Source: Chiloscyllium plagiosum
Lineage: Eukaryota
Assembly: GCF_004010195.1 (NCBI RefSeq)
Contig: NC_057719.1
Location: 35,074,264 to 35,138,263, forward strand
DNA: 64,000 nucleotides
Direction of reading: 5' to 3'
The position numbers and the translations under genes were made by a program. Below, piece by piece: positions 1 through 12,800 of the stretch. Under the pieces are notes generated by a model. It was not told where the DNA came from. It saw nothing but the letters and a program-made list of their open reading frames with translations, and made no database searches. Position 1 is the first letter of the stretch; the number at the start of each line of letters is the position of its first letter.

Positions 1-278
1 AAGTTTGTCCAGCAGGGTAAGATAAAAGGTAGGGAGGAGGGACTTGGGGGAGGGGCGTCGGAAATGTGATAGGTCAAGGTGAGGAATCTTCTTCCCCTGA
101 CCTCTCCTCCAACCCCACTCTGACCTATCACCCTCACCTTAACCTCCTTCCACCTATCGCATTTCCAATGCCCCTCCCCCAAGTCCCTCCTCCCTACCTT
201 TTATCTTAGCCTGCTGGACAAACTTTCCTCATTCCTGAAGAAGGGCTTATGCCCGAAACATCGATTCTCCTGCTCCTT
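1..278 (+). mobile_element. Penelope-like element terminus with inverted 5' duplication (truncated by window edge)
   Basis: 1-74 is the near reverse complement of about 152-225; ends in a hammerhead-like motif of the same family as 24456-24554. Confidence 0.7.
231..266 (+). ncRNA. Minimal hammerhead ribozyme-like motif (decayed)
   Basis: ATTC-CTGAAGA-A-GGGC(TTAT)GCCC-GAA-ACAT-C-GATT; ACAT is ACGT after CpG decay. Confidence 0.6.
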
Positions 279-522
279 CAGATAATGGACACCTGCATTA
301 CATAGATTTCATAAATGAGTGACATCTGCCTCAGAGTTTTTCTAGAAAGCTGGAGTAGGTGTAGAAGGAGGAGTAAACAATAGATATGCCCGAAACATCG
401 ATTCTCCTGCTCCTTCAGATAATGGACACCTGCATTACATAGATTTCATAAATGAGTGACATCTGCCTCAGAGTTTTTCTAGAAAGCTGGAGTAGGTGTA
501 GAAGGAGGAGTAAACAATAGAT
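249..522. repeat. 137-bp tandem duplication (249-385, 386-522)
   Basis: Two adjacent copies that read as identical. Confidence 0.93.
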
Positions 523-1510
523 GAAGATGGTGCTGAGAAAGAGAGAGAACAGCAGCTGGACAAAGGAATGGGTAATGCTCAGCCTGGAAGAATCAATAGC
601 TGCTAATGAGGACAATTAATAGCTGACAAGTTGATGGTGGAAGCAGCCTGTGTGATCACAAGGCCTGGTATGCGGGAGTTGGGCGAAGGACTTGGAAGAG
701 GTACTGAGGCCCTACAATTATTGAACTCTATACTGAGTCCTGAAGATTGCTGAAAATGAGATACTGTTTTTCCAGCTTGTGCTGAGCACTGCAGCAAGCC
801 TGAGACAGACATGTTGACCAGGGGACACAGTAGTATGTTGAAGGCACCAGGCACATCTTCCAGGTGAAGCAGCAATTTACCTGCACTTTGCACAATCTGT
901 CTACTGTGCTCACTGCTCACAATGTGGTCCCCTCTACATTGGGGAAACGAAATTCAGACTGGGTAATGACTTTGCAGAACAGCTACAATCTGTCTGCAAA
1001 AAATGTCTCTGAACTTCCAGTTGTCTACCACTTCAATACACCACCATGTTCCCTGGACATCTGTCTCAGTTTTGCTGTAATGCTCCAGCAAAGCTCATTT
1101 TCTGCTTGGGGGCTCTGCAGCCTTTGGACACAATTTAGGAGTAATATTATGCCCCTAGAGCCTTCTTCCATGTTGTTTACTCACCCCCAGTTACCAGCCC
1201 GCCATCACAAATGCAGCTACTGTAACCAACCCACTGTCAACTACAAATGGTTCCCATGAGCAACTACTAATTCTTCCAGGCTGACCATTACTCATTTCTT
1301 TGTCTGCCCAATTGCTGTTCCCTCTCTTTGAGCTTCATCTTCACCTGTTGTTTATTCCTCCCTCCTTCCCACCTTAAACATATATAACCAACCTTTTCCT
1401 ATCTACAATCAATTCTGAGTAAGGGTTACAGGATCCAAAACCTTAATTTTGCTTTCTTTCCACCGATGCTGCCAGAACTGCTGAGTTCCTCCAGCAATTT
1501 ATGTTTCTTC
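523..1510 (+). mobile_element. Penelope-like element 3' part (GIY-YIG endonuclease remnant) with inverted upstream segment
   Basis: 864-980 reads, with a frameshift, KQQFTCTLHNL/YCAHCSQCGPLYIGETKFRLG; degenerate CTGAGTAAGG..AAAAC motif near 1415-1441; 523-830 resembles the same family in reverse. Confidence 0.75.
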
Positions 1511-1756
1511 TTAATCAGAACTACTATTGTACTCTAACTCATTTAAATGGATTATCAAACTCTCAAGTTACAGACTTATTAGAAGGAACTTATTCCATAT
1601 TCAAATAATAAATATTAAGCTCTTTTAGAATAATGAACGTGTTCCTATCTCTTGGTCAAAAGGCCTGGGTTCAATTCACAGCTGCTGTAGAGATGGGTCA
1701 TGATGTGTCTGACCAGGTCAATTAAAAATATCTATAACAAATATCACACAACCCAC

Positions 1757-1845
1757 CAATATACTTTTCTTGCCTTCTGAATTGTAATAACAGTTTGAAC
1801 TTCTTTTAATGTTCTTTTTGTCTTTTTCTCCGCTGATTTAAATGC
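1757..1845 (-). CDS. NEMF: NEMF coding exon 16, [29 protein letters not shown](W)
   Basis: 89 bp, ttttag/GTGGGT; next exon (FEKFLWF...) not found in 1-1756, so the gene continues beyond the window. Confidence 0.96.
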
Positions 1846-2647
1846 CTAAAAGGAAATTAATACATTAATAAAGATTTTTGTTGAAAGAAAACCAATTTAA
1901 CATAGTCATTTTAAGTCAAAAGTGCAAGTAGAGAACATAAGGAAATCAAAAATAAATTTTAAAACAATGAACGTTTCATATTAGAATCCCAAAAAGGAAA
2001 TTAATGAGACAGACAAGATTCTGGGTAACGTCTCTTTTAGATACTCCACAAACATAGAAGCATTTGCTAAAATCAAGAGGTTATCTCAGAATATCCTAAC
2101 ATTTAAAAAAGGAGCGAGATGTTTATACAACAATTAGGGGTAAATAAATGATATCCACTTGAGGCCAAAATTAAATTCTCTGGTACTAATATGCTACATA
2201 AATCAGAAATAAAAATAAAATCTTTTTCAACCCTAATTTGATTTCTTATTCACAGATGCTGGCATTTGAAGACACCTTCCTACCATACAAACAAATCAGA
2301 ACTGATCTTTTCATTTGGCTACTTGCACAAACCACATGGCCAACCCAAAATTGGTAGAGGCCTGGGAATGAATCGCCAGCACCCAAACAAAAAGGTTCAG
2401 GCCCTGACAAAAATGAAGAGAATTACAGGTGTTAAATATAACTTTCTAAAATCAAGATAGAAATTTGTTTGCATTCTCTGCTTCCTGCTTTTTATACTGC
2501 TGCTCTAGACACAATCAGGGAGAAATTAATTAGAAGTGACAGGACACACACATATACCAAATCCCAGGAAAGCAGCATCACAGACCACCTTTCTTCATTA
2601 ATGATATCAGTGCTATCACTTCTCTTTCAATGTGGAATATTTCTTAC

Positions 2648-2711
2648 TTTTTCTGCAGCTTCAACTGTCTTCTGTTCCTTCTTTGCTGCATGCCTTTTGT
2701 GATCATAATAT
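2648..2711 (-). CDS. NEMF: NEMF coding exon 15, YYDHKRHAAKKEQKTVEAAEK
   Basis: 64 bp, gtgcag/GTAAGA. Confidence 0.96.
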
Positions 2712-3284
2712 CTGCACCAGAATATCATTTGAAACATAAAACTAGTGTTAACATATTCAACATCTGTTAACCAGCAAGAAGTGAACATCAAAACAACAGA
2801 TATTACAACAATATGATGCTATTTTCTTTTTTTACTACCGGATTGTTTTTTTATAACTATATTCTTCTATTATTATAATTACATTAACCCTACATACAGC
2901 TACGATGAAATCTGTTTTTCAAACTACAATTTCGTAGCCCCAGCAGTTCAATGAAACAGTATGCAAAACAGGCTGACAGTGCACTATTTTTGCTGCATCA
3001 GTCTTAGCTTGAAAACTGAAGTCGTGAGCAATTCAGAATAACCATTACGATTACAGTCCAGGTTAATAAATCATTCACACATCTTGGTAATGAATTTGAC
3101 CATTAGTGTCAGAATCCCAACCAAGTTATACTAACTGATAAAAAAATATTAACCTTTTTTTGAAAATGTTGGGAAAATGGGAACTTTGAGGCAGAAGAGA
3201 AATTGACAGAAAATTGAAGTTTCTTGTATATTTAATGTACATTGCGACACTTCAGAAAGAGTAAAATCAAGCTTCACACTTCAG

Positions 3285-3560
3285 AAGGCAATGACACAAT
3301 AGTAATGTAAATGGACTAGTAACTGAGAGCATCAGGCTTATCTACTGGGAACATGAAGTTTTGAATCCCACCACGGCATACGGTGAATTATGATTTCAAT
3401 GTTTAAAAATCAGTGATATCAGAAAAAGCACGTTTTTGTTGCCAAAACCACATCTGATTCACTCATGCCCTTACCTGTTCTGGCCTAATCAGACCCACAG
3501 CAATGTGAGTGGGTCTTAAATGCTTTCTGAAATGACCTGGCAAGTCTTTCAAGTGTATCA
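3285..3560 (+). mobile_element. Degenerate tRNA-derived Deu-type SINE
   Basis: Shares GGACTAGTAA, AATCCCACCACGGCA and CAGACCCACAGCAATGTG blocks with the 5383, 14598 and 60305 copies. Confidence 0.6.
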
Positions 3561-4787
3561 AACTGTTATAAAGTCTAAGGAAAGAAATTAAATAAGACTG
3601 ACCAACAGGCATTTACTGAGGCACCAGAAATAACAATAGCTAACCAAACTCTGCCTATCTAGCAAAGGCCTTCCTTACTATATCTGGGGCTTATGTCAAA
3701 ATTGAGAGAACTGTCACACAAACAAGTTGAGCTACAGCTTGACATTGTCTACAAGATGTGATTTTGTGACGGTGACAATGTTCCAACCATCACAATCCTT
3801 TGATAATGATGCATATAATTAGCAAGTCATACCAACCAGAGGTGCCAGGCACAAAAGTATACAAACAGGATGGAGTTAGCTGGAATTCTTCAACATTGCC
3901 TCAGGGCCCCATCAGATCAAACATGGATAAGGAATCATCCTACTAATTAACATCAGCCTCTACCTCCCACCCCTTCATGCTGATGATTCATGACTCTATA
4001 CCTACCACACGGCATTATTTGAATGAAGCACCAAGGGTGACAAGGGCTCAAAAAGTAATGTGTGGAATCTTGAGTCTGCATCCCCAACATCAACGCAGTA
4101 GAACCACTGCTACCTGAGCTGGCCAAGCCTAAAGGGCAATGCTGCTGGACTGAGTATGTCTCCTCATCAACCTTCCTTGGCAAATGCATCTGTCCATAAC
4201 AGTATAACTGGTAATGACCACCACATAATCATTGTGGAGACAAAATACCATTGTCACATTTTGAATATGTTTCAACGTATTTTGTGACTCTATAAATGTG
4301 CTAAGTGTGACACACTTTGGGAGATCTAGGAATTCAAGACTGACCATCCATTAGGCAGTGAGCAACCAAAAGCAGCGGAATCATGGCCAGAAGCAAACCA
4401 ATGGCCTGACATGTTTCCAATGCTACCATTACCTTCCAGATGGGAGATCAACTTTAATTCAATGAAGAATGCAGAAAGGCAAACTAAGTATATCCAAAAA
4501 TGAGGTGATAACCTAATGAAGATGTGGCACAGGTCCACTTGTTTGTCAACTGGTAGGGCAGCATGCAATAGACAGAACTGAGCCATTCCACATAAAAAAA
4601 AATCAAATGTAAGCTCTGTAGTTTTGCCACATCCAATTATGAACGGTGATAAGTTAAGTAAATAACAGGAGGCGGCTCCACAATTTTCCCCTTTCCCAAT
4701 TATTAGGAGCCCAGCTCATCAATACAATAGGTAAGGCTAAAATATTTGCCTCCAACATCCCCACCAACCAGATGCGTTAAGTAGATC

Positions 4788-5170
4788 AGAAACAAAAACT
4801 GAAGTTGCTGGAAAAGCTCAGGTCTGGCAGCATTTGTGAAGAGAAATCAAAGTTAACGTTTTGCATTTGGCAAACCTTCCTCAGAACTAATGGTAGCTAG
4901 GAAATGTAGGTTTATATGCAGAAGATATGGTGGGGGGAGGGAGCAAGGAGTGTGGATAGAGCCCAAAAAAAAAGAACATTTGGACAAAGGAACCAATAAC
5001 GATCTGGCTGGGAGAATGAATAGCTGTTAATGGAGACTGTTGGTGGCTAACGATAGGTAGTGTATAATGGCAGACTATGTAATAAAAAGGCCTAGTGTAT
5101 AGGATAGGGGGCTAAGACATGGAAGATTTCAGATCCTAAAATTATTGAACTCGATATCGAGTCCATAGGG
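4788..5170 (-). mobile_element. Penelope-like element 3' terminal fragment
   Basis: Minus strand ends CTGAGGAAGG...AAAACGTTAAC...CTTTTCCAGCAAC; similar to 523-740 and 1200-1510. Confidence 0.65.
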
Positions 5171-5382
5171 CTAAGCAGTTCATCCATTTTGGCCTCCTTC
5201 AGAGGTTGCAGAGCAGCACAGGTGCCAGTCACCAACCAATTTGATTGACTCTGTGACATCATGTTATTCTACACAAGTTATTGGACACTGAAAACATTCC
5301 GGCAGCAACACTGAAGACCTGAGTTCTGGAACAAGTCACACCTCAAACAAAAATGTTCAGTACAGCTATAACACTGCTAACT

Positions 5383-5698
5383 GGGAGGTAGTGGTAAAGT
5401 AGAAATATCAGTGGACTAGTAATCCAGATGAATTTTCTGGGAACGTGGGTTCAAATCCCAACATGGCAGATGGTGAAATTTTAATTCAGTAGAATCTGGA
5501 ATTAAAAAGCTAGTTTAATGGTGAACATGTAAGCAATGTCGATTGTCGTAAAAACCCATCTAGTTCATGTGTGTCTTTTAGGAAAGGAAATCTGTCTTCC
5601 TTAGCTGATCTTGCTTAACAATTGACTGCAGACCTATGGCAATGTGGTTAATCCATAATTGCTCTCTGGGCAATTAGGGATGCGGAATAAAAAAAAAG
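5383..5698 (+). mobile_element. tRNA-derived Deu-type SINE (SacSINE1-like)
   Basis: B-box GGTTCAAATCCC at about 5448, conserved central block, tail GGGCAATTAGGGATG and an A-run. Confidence 0.75.
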
Positions 5699-6224
5699 CA
5701 CCTGACCTCATTACTGCCTTGGTACAAACATGGACAAAACAGCTGACCTCCTGAACCACGGTGAGAGTGACTATGTTGAAATCAAGGTAGCACATAAATG
5801 ACATCAAGGAACCCGAACAAAACTAGAGCCAATGAGAGTCAGGGGAAAACTCTCTACTGGTTGGACTCATACCTAGTACAAATAGAGTCATAGAGATGTA
5901 CATTGGTGGTTGTTGGAAGTCAATCATCTCAATCCCAAGATATTTATGCAGGATCTCCACTGGGTGGTGCTCTAGGGCCAAGTATCCATCATCAAGGACC
6001 TTCCCTCCACCACAAGGTCAGAAATAAATGGTTACAGATCATTGCACAATATTCAACACTATTCATGACTCCTCAGATACTAAAGCAATCCATGTCCAAT
6101 TGCAGTAATATGTGGACAACATCCAAGCTTGGGCTGACAAGTTGCAAGTAACATCAAGTGACACAAATGTCAGGCAGTAATAATGTCTGAGAAGAAAGAA
6201 TTCAACCACTGCTCCTTGCAACTC

Positions 6225-7335
6225 ATTTATTTATTCATGAGTTATGGGCTGCACTGGTTGGGCTAGCATTTATTGCCCATCCCTAGTTGCCATTGGAGGT
6301 GGTGGTGGTGAGCTGCCTTCTTGAAATGCCACGGCCCGTTTGCTAAATTACATCCACAATGCTGTTAAGAAGGAAGTTCCAGGATTTTGATCCAGTGACA
6401 GTAAAGGATCAGCAATATTTCCGAATCAGGATAAGGGGGTTCGTGCTGATTGTTTTTCTTCTGCATGACCTTGGAGGTCCGTGCGCAGCAATGACTACTG
6501 GAACCAAGCGACCTATGGACAGTTGCAGTGGCTGCTCACATGTGCAACTTAGAGGGAACATTGATCAGGACAGCTTGCAGCTCGGAGGGCAAGTTGCAGG
6601 TGGTGGTGTTCCCATGTATCTGCTGCCCTTGCCTTTCCTAATAGTAAGTTGGTTGTAGGTTGGAAGGTGCTACCTAAGGACCCTTGGAGAATTTCTGCAG
6701 TACATCTTGTAAATAGTATACACTGTTGCTACTGAGCATCAGTGGTAGAGGGAGTGGATGTTTGTGAATGTGCTCCCAATCAAGTGGGCTGTTTTGATCA
6801 AGCTCATGACAAGTTTTGAGTGTTATTGAAGCTTCACTCGAGACAAATGGAGAGTATTCCACCAGACTCCTGACTTGAGGCTTGTAGATAATGGTCAGGC
6901 TTTGGGAAATCAGGAAGTGAATTGTCTCTCACTGCACTATTCCTAGTCTCTGACCTGCTCATGTAGCCACATTATTTAGCTCCTAAGTCCAGTTCAGTTT
7001 CCGGTTAATTGTAATCTCTAGGATGTTAATAGTGGGGATTCAGTGAAGGTAATGCCACAGAATGTCAAAAGGTGATGGCTAGATTCTCCCTGTTGGAGAT
7101 TAATGTTGCCTGACACCTACGTGAATGTTACTTGCCACTTGTCAGCCCAAACCTGGATAATGTCCAGGTCTTGCTGCATTTAGACATGGATGGTTTCAGC
7201 ATTTGAGAAGTCACTACCAGTGCTGAACATCATATAGTCATCAGCAAACATCCTCATTTCTAACCTTATGATGGAAGGAAGGTCACAGGTGAAGCAGCTG
7301 TATATGGTTGGGCCTAGGTCACTACCCTGAAGGGT
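6225..7335 (-). mobile_element. L2/CR1-clade LINE 3' part
   Basis: ORF 7180..7443 contains QGSDLGP...MFADD; 3' tail GGATGGGCAATAAATGCT is shared with the SINEs; appears to continue at 10225-10735. Confidence 0.75.
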
Positions 7336-7344
7336 AGAGCAGGA

Positions 7345-10222
7345 ACAGGATTGGTTATTGCAGAAACCCGGATTTAGATGTTTCTGTAAGAACAGAGAAA
7401 ATGGTAAAAGAGGGGTAGCACGGCACTGTTGCAGAAAGGACATTTGAGGACTCGTCTACTGAGGTAATATGGGCTGAGATTCGAAACAGGAAAGACGAAG
7501 TTACCCTGTTGAGGGTTTTCTATAGGCTTCCAAATAGTTCCAGAGAGGTAGAGGATAGGATAGCAAAGATGATCCTCAATAGGAGTGAGTGTGACAGGGC
7601 AGTTGTTATGGGGGATTTTAACTTTCCAAATATTAACTGGGAATAGTACAGCTCAAGTACTTTAAATGGGTCAGTTTTTATCCAGTGTGGGCAGGAGGGT
7701 TTCTTGACATAGTATGTAAAACAGGCCAAAAAAGGGCGAGGCCACGTTAGATTTGGTACTGGGTAATGCACCCAGCCAGGTGTTAGATTTGGAGGTAGGT
7801 GAGCACTTTGGTGATAGTGACCATAATTCGGTTGTGTTTACTTTAGTGATGGAAAGGGATAGGTATATACTGCAGGGCAAAAGATATAGCTGGGGGAAAG
7901 GCAATTACAATGCGATTAGGCAAGATTTTGGATGCATGGGTTGGGGAAGGAAAATGTAGGGGATGGACACAGTTGAAATGTGGAGCTTACTCAAGGATCA
8001 GCTACTGCATGTCCTTGATAGGTATGTACCGGTCAGGCAGGAAGGAAGTTGTTGAGAGTGGGAGCCGTGGTTTACTAAGGAAGTTTAATCTCTTGTCAAG
8101 AGGAAGAATAAGGCTCATGTTAGGATGAGATGTGATGGCTCAGTTAGGATGCTTGAGAGTTAAAGGTTAGCCAGGAAAGACCTAAAAACAGAGCTAAGGT
8201 GAGCCTGGAGGGGACATGAGAAGTCATAGAGATGTACAGCACAGAAACAGACCCTTCGGTCCAATCCATCCATACCGACCAGATATCCCAACCCAATCTA
8301 GTCTCACTTGCCAGCACACGGCCCATGTCCCTCCAAACCCTTCCTATTCATATATCTTTCCAGATGCCTTTTAAATGTTGCAATCATACTAGCCTCCATC
8401 ACTTCCTCTGGCAGCTCATTCCATATATGTATCACCCTCTGTGAAAAAGTTGCCCCTTAGGTCTCTTTTATATCTTTCCCATCTCACCCTAAACCTATGC
8501 CCTCTAGTTCTGGACTCCCCCATCCCAGGGAAAAGACTTAGTCTGTTTATCCTATCCATGCCCCTCATGATCTTATAAATCTCTATAAGGACACCCCTCA
8601 GCCTCCAACACTCCAGGGAAAACAGCCCCAGCCTGTTCAGCCTTTTCCAATAGCTCAAATCCTTCAACCCTGGCAACATCCTTGTAAATCTTTTCTGATT
8701 CTTTTCAAATTTCACAACATCTTTCCAATAGGAAGGAGACCAGAATTGCATGCAATATTCCAACAGTGGCCTGACCAATGTCCTGTACAGCCACTCAGTA
8801 CTCTGACCAATAAAGGAAAGCAAACCAAACACCTTCTTCATTATTCTATCTACCTGCAACTCCACTTTCAAGGAGTTATGAACCGGTACTCCAAAGTCTC
8901 TTGGCGATAGAAGTCGTTGGTGGATAGGATCAAGGAAAACCCTAAGACTTTCTGTAGGTAAATTAGGAATAAAAGAATGATTTAGAGTAAAATTAGGTCC
9001 AAACAAGCATAGCAGTGGGAAGTTGCACATGAAGTCGGGAGAGATAGGGAAAGTACTAAATGAATACTTTTCGTCAGTATGCACACTAGAAAAAGACAAT
9101 ATGGTCGAGGAGAATATGGAGATACAGGCTACTAGACTAGATGGAATTGAGATGCAAAAGGAGGAGGTGTTAGCAATTCTGGCAAGTGTAAAAAATAGAT
9201 AAGTCCCCTGGGCCAGATGGGATTTATCCTAGGATTTTCTGGGAAGCCATGGAGGAGATTGCGGAGCCTTTTCTTTGATCTTTATGTCGTCATTGTCTAC
9301 AGGAATAGTGCCAGAAGACTGGAGGATAGCAAATGCTGTTCCCTTGTTCAAGAAGGGGAAAAGAGACAACCCTGGAAATTATAGACCTTTGAGCCTAACT
9401 TTGGTTGTGGGTAAAATGTTGGAAAGGGTTATAAGAGATAGGATTTCCAATCATCTAGAAAGGAATAAGTTGATTAGGGATAGTCAACACTGTTTTGTGA
9501 AGGGTAGATCGTGCCTCATAAACCTGATTTTGTTCTTTGAGAAGGTGACCAAACAGATGGAGGAGGGTAAAGCAGTTGATGTGATGTATATGTATTTCAG
9601 TAAGGTGTTTGATAAGGTAGGCTATTGCACAAAATACAGAGGCATGGGATTATGGGTGATTTAGCAGTTTGGATCAGAAATTGACGAGCTGAAAGAAGAC
9701 AGAGGATGGTGGTTGATGGGAAACATTCATCCTGGAGTTCAGTTACTGGTGGGGTACCACAAGGATCTATTTTGGTCCACTGTTATTCATCATTCTTATA
9801 AATGACCAGGATGAGTGCAGAGAAGGATGGATTAATAAATTTGCGGATAACACCAAGACTGGTAGAGTTGCGGATAGTGACGAAGGATGTTGTAGGTTAC
9901 AGACAGACACAGATAAGCTGCAGAGCTGGGCTGAGAGGTTGCAAATGGAGTTTAATCCAGAAAAGTGTGAGGTGATTCACTTTGGAAGGAGTAACAGGAA
10001 TGCAGAGTACTGGGTTAATTGTAAGATTCTTGGTCGTGTAGATGAGCAGAGAGATCTCAGTGTCCAGGTACATAGATCCATGAAAGTTAACACCCAGGTT
10101 GATAGGGTTGTTAAGAAGGCATACAGAGTGTTAGCTTTTATTGGTAGAGGGATTAAGTTTTGGAACCATGAGATCATGCTGCATTTGGAGTATTGCATAC
10201 AGTTCTGGTCACCGCATTATAG
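7345..10222 (+). mobile_element. CR1 LINE (HER1-like) ORF2 remnant, endonuclease plus RT
   Basis: [50 protein letters not shown] motifs with stops and frameshifts. Confidence 0.92.
8226..8908 (-). mobile_element. CR1 3' fragment nested antisense in the 7345-10222 CR1
   Basis: ORF 8416..9099 ([23 protein letters not shown]); CTCTATGACT tail; AGAAGTC direct repeat at 8219-8225 and 8909-8915. Confidence 0.92.
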
Positions 10223-10224
10223 GA

Positions 10225-10735
10225 ACCACAAACATCTTTCTTTGTGCTAGGCATAACTCCAACCAGCAAATGGATTTCCCCTGACTCCCACTTACCTCTG
10301 TTTTGCTCCAACTCTTTGATGCCACACTTTGTCAACTGTGGCTTTGATCTCATGGGCTCTCTCTTTCACCTCACATCTGAAATTCAGCTCCTGTGTCCAT
10401 GTTTGAACCAAAGCTGTAATGAGGTCAGGAACCGAGTGCCCCTGACATAACACAAAGAGAGCATCACTGAACTGGTTACTGCTCAGCCAATGATGCTTGA
10501 AAGCACAATTGTCGACACCTTTCATCACCTAATGCTGATCGAGAGTAGGCTAATAGTGCAGTGATTGGCTAGGTCAGATTTGTCCTGCTTTGTGTGTATC
10601 GAACATACCTGGGCAATTTTCCACATTGGTGGGTAAATGCCAGTGTTGTATTGTACTGGTACAGATTTGCTAGGAGTGCAGCAAACTCTGAAGTACACGT
10701 CCTCTGTAGTATTGCCAGAATGCCAAGGACAACAG
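10225..10735 (-). mobile_element. L2/CR1-clade LINE RT fragment
   Basis: ORFs 10525..10743 (YPPMWKIAQV..ISLLS) and 10292..10528 (PDLITALVQTW..DKVWH). Confidence 0.78.
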
Positions 10736-11204
10736 CAGTTCAAGGAGGCAGCTAACCAGAACCCTCTCCAGGGTAATTAGGGATAGACAATAAATGCTAA
10801 CCTAACCAACAAGATCCATATCCCATGAACAAATTAAAAAATGTTCAAGTTATCATTGTTCAATAATTCAGTGTTCTACAATTCCTTAGAACATAATTCA
10901 AAATTCTGTTGATTTCTTCAAACAGAAATTAAAGTCTAAGCAACCATAAACAGTAAGGTACAGAGGTTTTTCCTCTTACACCACTTTTACTAAAGAAATA
11001 TTCTGTGATTTCAATAACAATCAAGAAATTATTTAAGTGGAAAATCATTTTTCGCAATTATAGCTTAATTATAGACATCAAATTTAAATTTTGAATTTGT
11101 ATTCTATGCAGATTTAAAGTTAAAACAACTATGTGTATATACTCCATTTATGAGAAAGCACCCAACTATCACAGATATATTAGGTTTTCTTTGTGAATAC
11201 TTAC

Positions 11205-11390
11205 TTTTTTGCATTAGCATAAGCAGACAGACTAAGATCCACATCCACTAACACTGGTCTGCTTTTTTGTAGCATTTTCTTTTGCTGTTTCTTTTTATCC
11301 TTTTTCTTTTTGGCCTTTGCTTGTTCATTTTGAACATCTTCATCCAGATCAATATCATCTTGATCTTCATCATCACTTATATATGGGTTT
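11205..11390 (-). CDS. NEMF: NEMF coding exon 14, NPYISDDED...[14 protein letters not shown](K)
   Basis: 186 bp, gttcag/GTAAGT; within ORF 11201..11398. Confidence 0.97.
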
Positions 11391-12027
11391 CTGAACAAAG
11401 TACAGAAATATATATTTATATTAAATTATTTAAGCAGTGGTTACCTCACAATTATCCAATGGGGAATCATACATAGTAATACCAGCACCTGCAAGTAACT
11501 CTTCAAGCCACAAGCATCCTGGCTTAGAAGGAATGACAATTTATGGTTCTCTGTGCAACAGCAACAGCATGTGTGTGCGCGCGCGGGAAATCCTACATCA
11601 TACAGACTGGAGCAATTCAAGAGTAACTACCAACTTCTGGAAGGCACCAAGGGATGGGCAACAAATGGAGGCTTTACTAGCGACACTCACATCCAACAAG
11701 AGTTCAAAAGTATACCTGATCACCTCAATTTCATGTTGTTTAAAGGTATGAGGCAAGAGGATTCAGAAATAGGATAGGAAGAATAAATCAAGATGCACAG
11801 CCACCAACACCTTATTTTCTATTCAATAGAACTTGAAAGATTTTATCGATATGAACAAAAGAAGAATCGAGAGAGAGAGATAAGGTTACTATCCATCAAA
11901 GATCTTCTAGTGAATAAGATCATTTTAAAACGACTTCCTAAAATCAAAATCTTAAAAAGTTATGAATATTATGGCAAATGTAAGGGATGCAGATTTCTCT
12001 GTTTGATGGGCAGTTCCAATCAGCTGG

Positions 12028-12093
12028 TAAAAACAATGACTGCAGATGCTGGAAACCAGATTCTGGATCAGTGGTGCTGGAAGAGCACAGCAG
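12028..12093 (-). mobile_element. Short PLE-terminus fragment
   Basis: Near-identical to 41247-41312 (AAAAACAATGACTGCAGATGCTGGAAACCAGATTCTGGA). Confidence 0.75.
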
Positions 12094-12272
12094 CTGTTAC
12101 ACAAATGCAGAATATCCTTGAATCAGTAGGAACAGAGTGGTACAGGTGCTAAAATCAAATCAGACAATGTGACACTAAACAACTAACATTACTGTCCAGC
12201 TCAGCTAACAGCCTCATCTATTTATCATAGACTGGAGACCTATCATGCCCCACTAAACACGGAATCTATTGT

Positions 12273-12800
12273 AGTGCAATTCTGGTCTCCCTGCTATAGA
12301 AAGGATGATGTTGTGAAACTTGAAAGAGTTCAGAAAAGATTTACAAGGGTTTTGACAGGATTAGAGGGTTTGAGCTTTACAGAGAGGCTGAATAGACTGG
12401 GGCTATTTTCCCTGGAGTGTCGGAGATTGAGGGGTGAACTTATAGAGGTTTATAAAATCATGAGGGGCATAGATAGGATAACTATATAAAAGGTCTTTTC
12501 CCTGGGTAGGGAAGTCCAAAACAAGATGGCATAGGTTGGCAGAGCCATCAGCTCAGGGATCTAAGGGGCAAAGGTTTCACACAGAGGGTGGTGCAAGTAC
12601 GAAAGGAGTTGCCAGGGAAAGTGGTGGAGGCTGGTACAATTACAGCATTCAAAAGGCATCAGGATCGATATAGGAGTCGGAAGGGCTTAAAGAGATATGG
12701 GCCAAATGCTGGCAAATGGGGCTATATTTATTTATGATACTTGGTTGGCATGTATGAGTTTATCCGAAGGTTCTGATTCTGTGTCTCTATCACTATCACT
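12273..12800 (+). mobile_element. CR1 3' fragment
   Basis: ORF 12274..12489 QFWSP..LERVQKRFTR..RLRGELIEVYKIM. Confidence 0.9.

Larger units (their letters stand above)
3600..6220 (+). mobile_element. Highly decayed L2/CR1-clade LINE, interrupted by a PLE fragment and a SINE
   Basis: 5700-6200 is similar to the reverse complement of 7090-7330 and 10230-10400 (RT remnants, e.g. PLGGALGP, MFADD in the sister copy). Confidence 0.55.

Noticed and set aside
8416..9099. Longest ORF (227 aa) as a functional gene
   Set aside because: Chimeric read-through from the antisense strand of one CR1 into a nested CR1 3' fragment.
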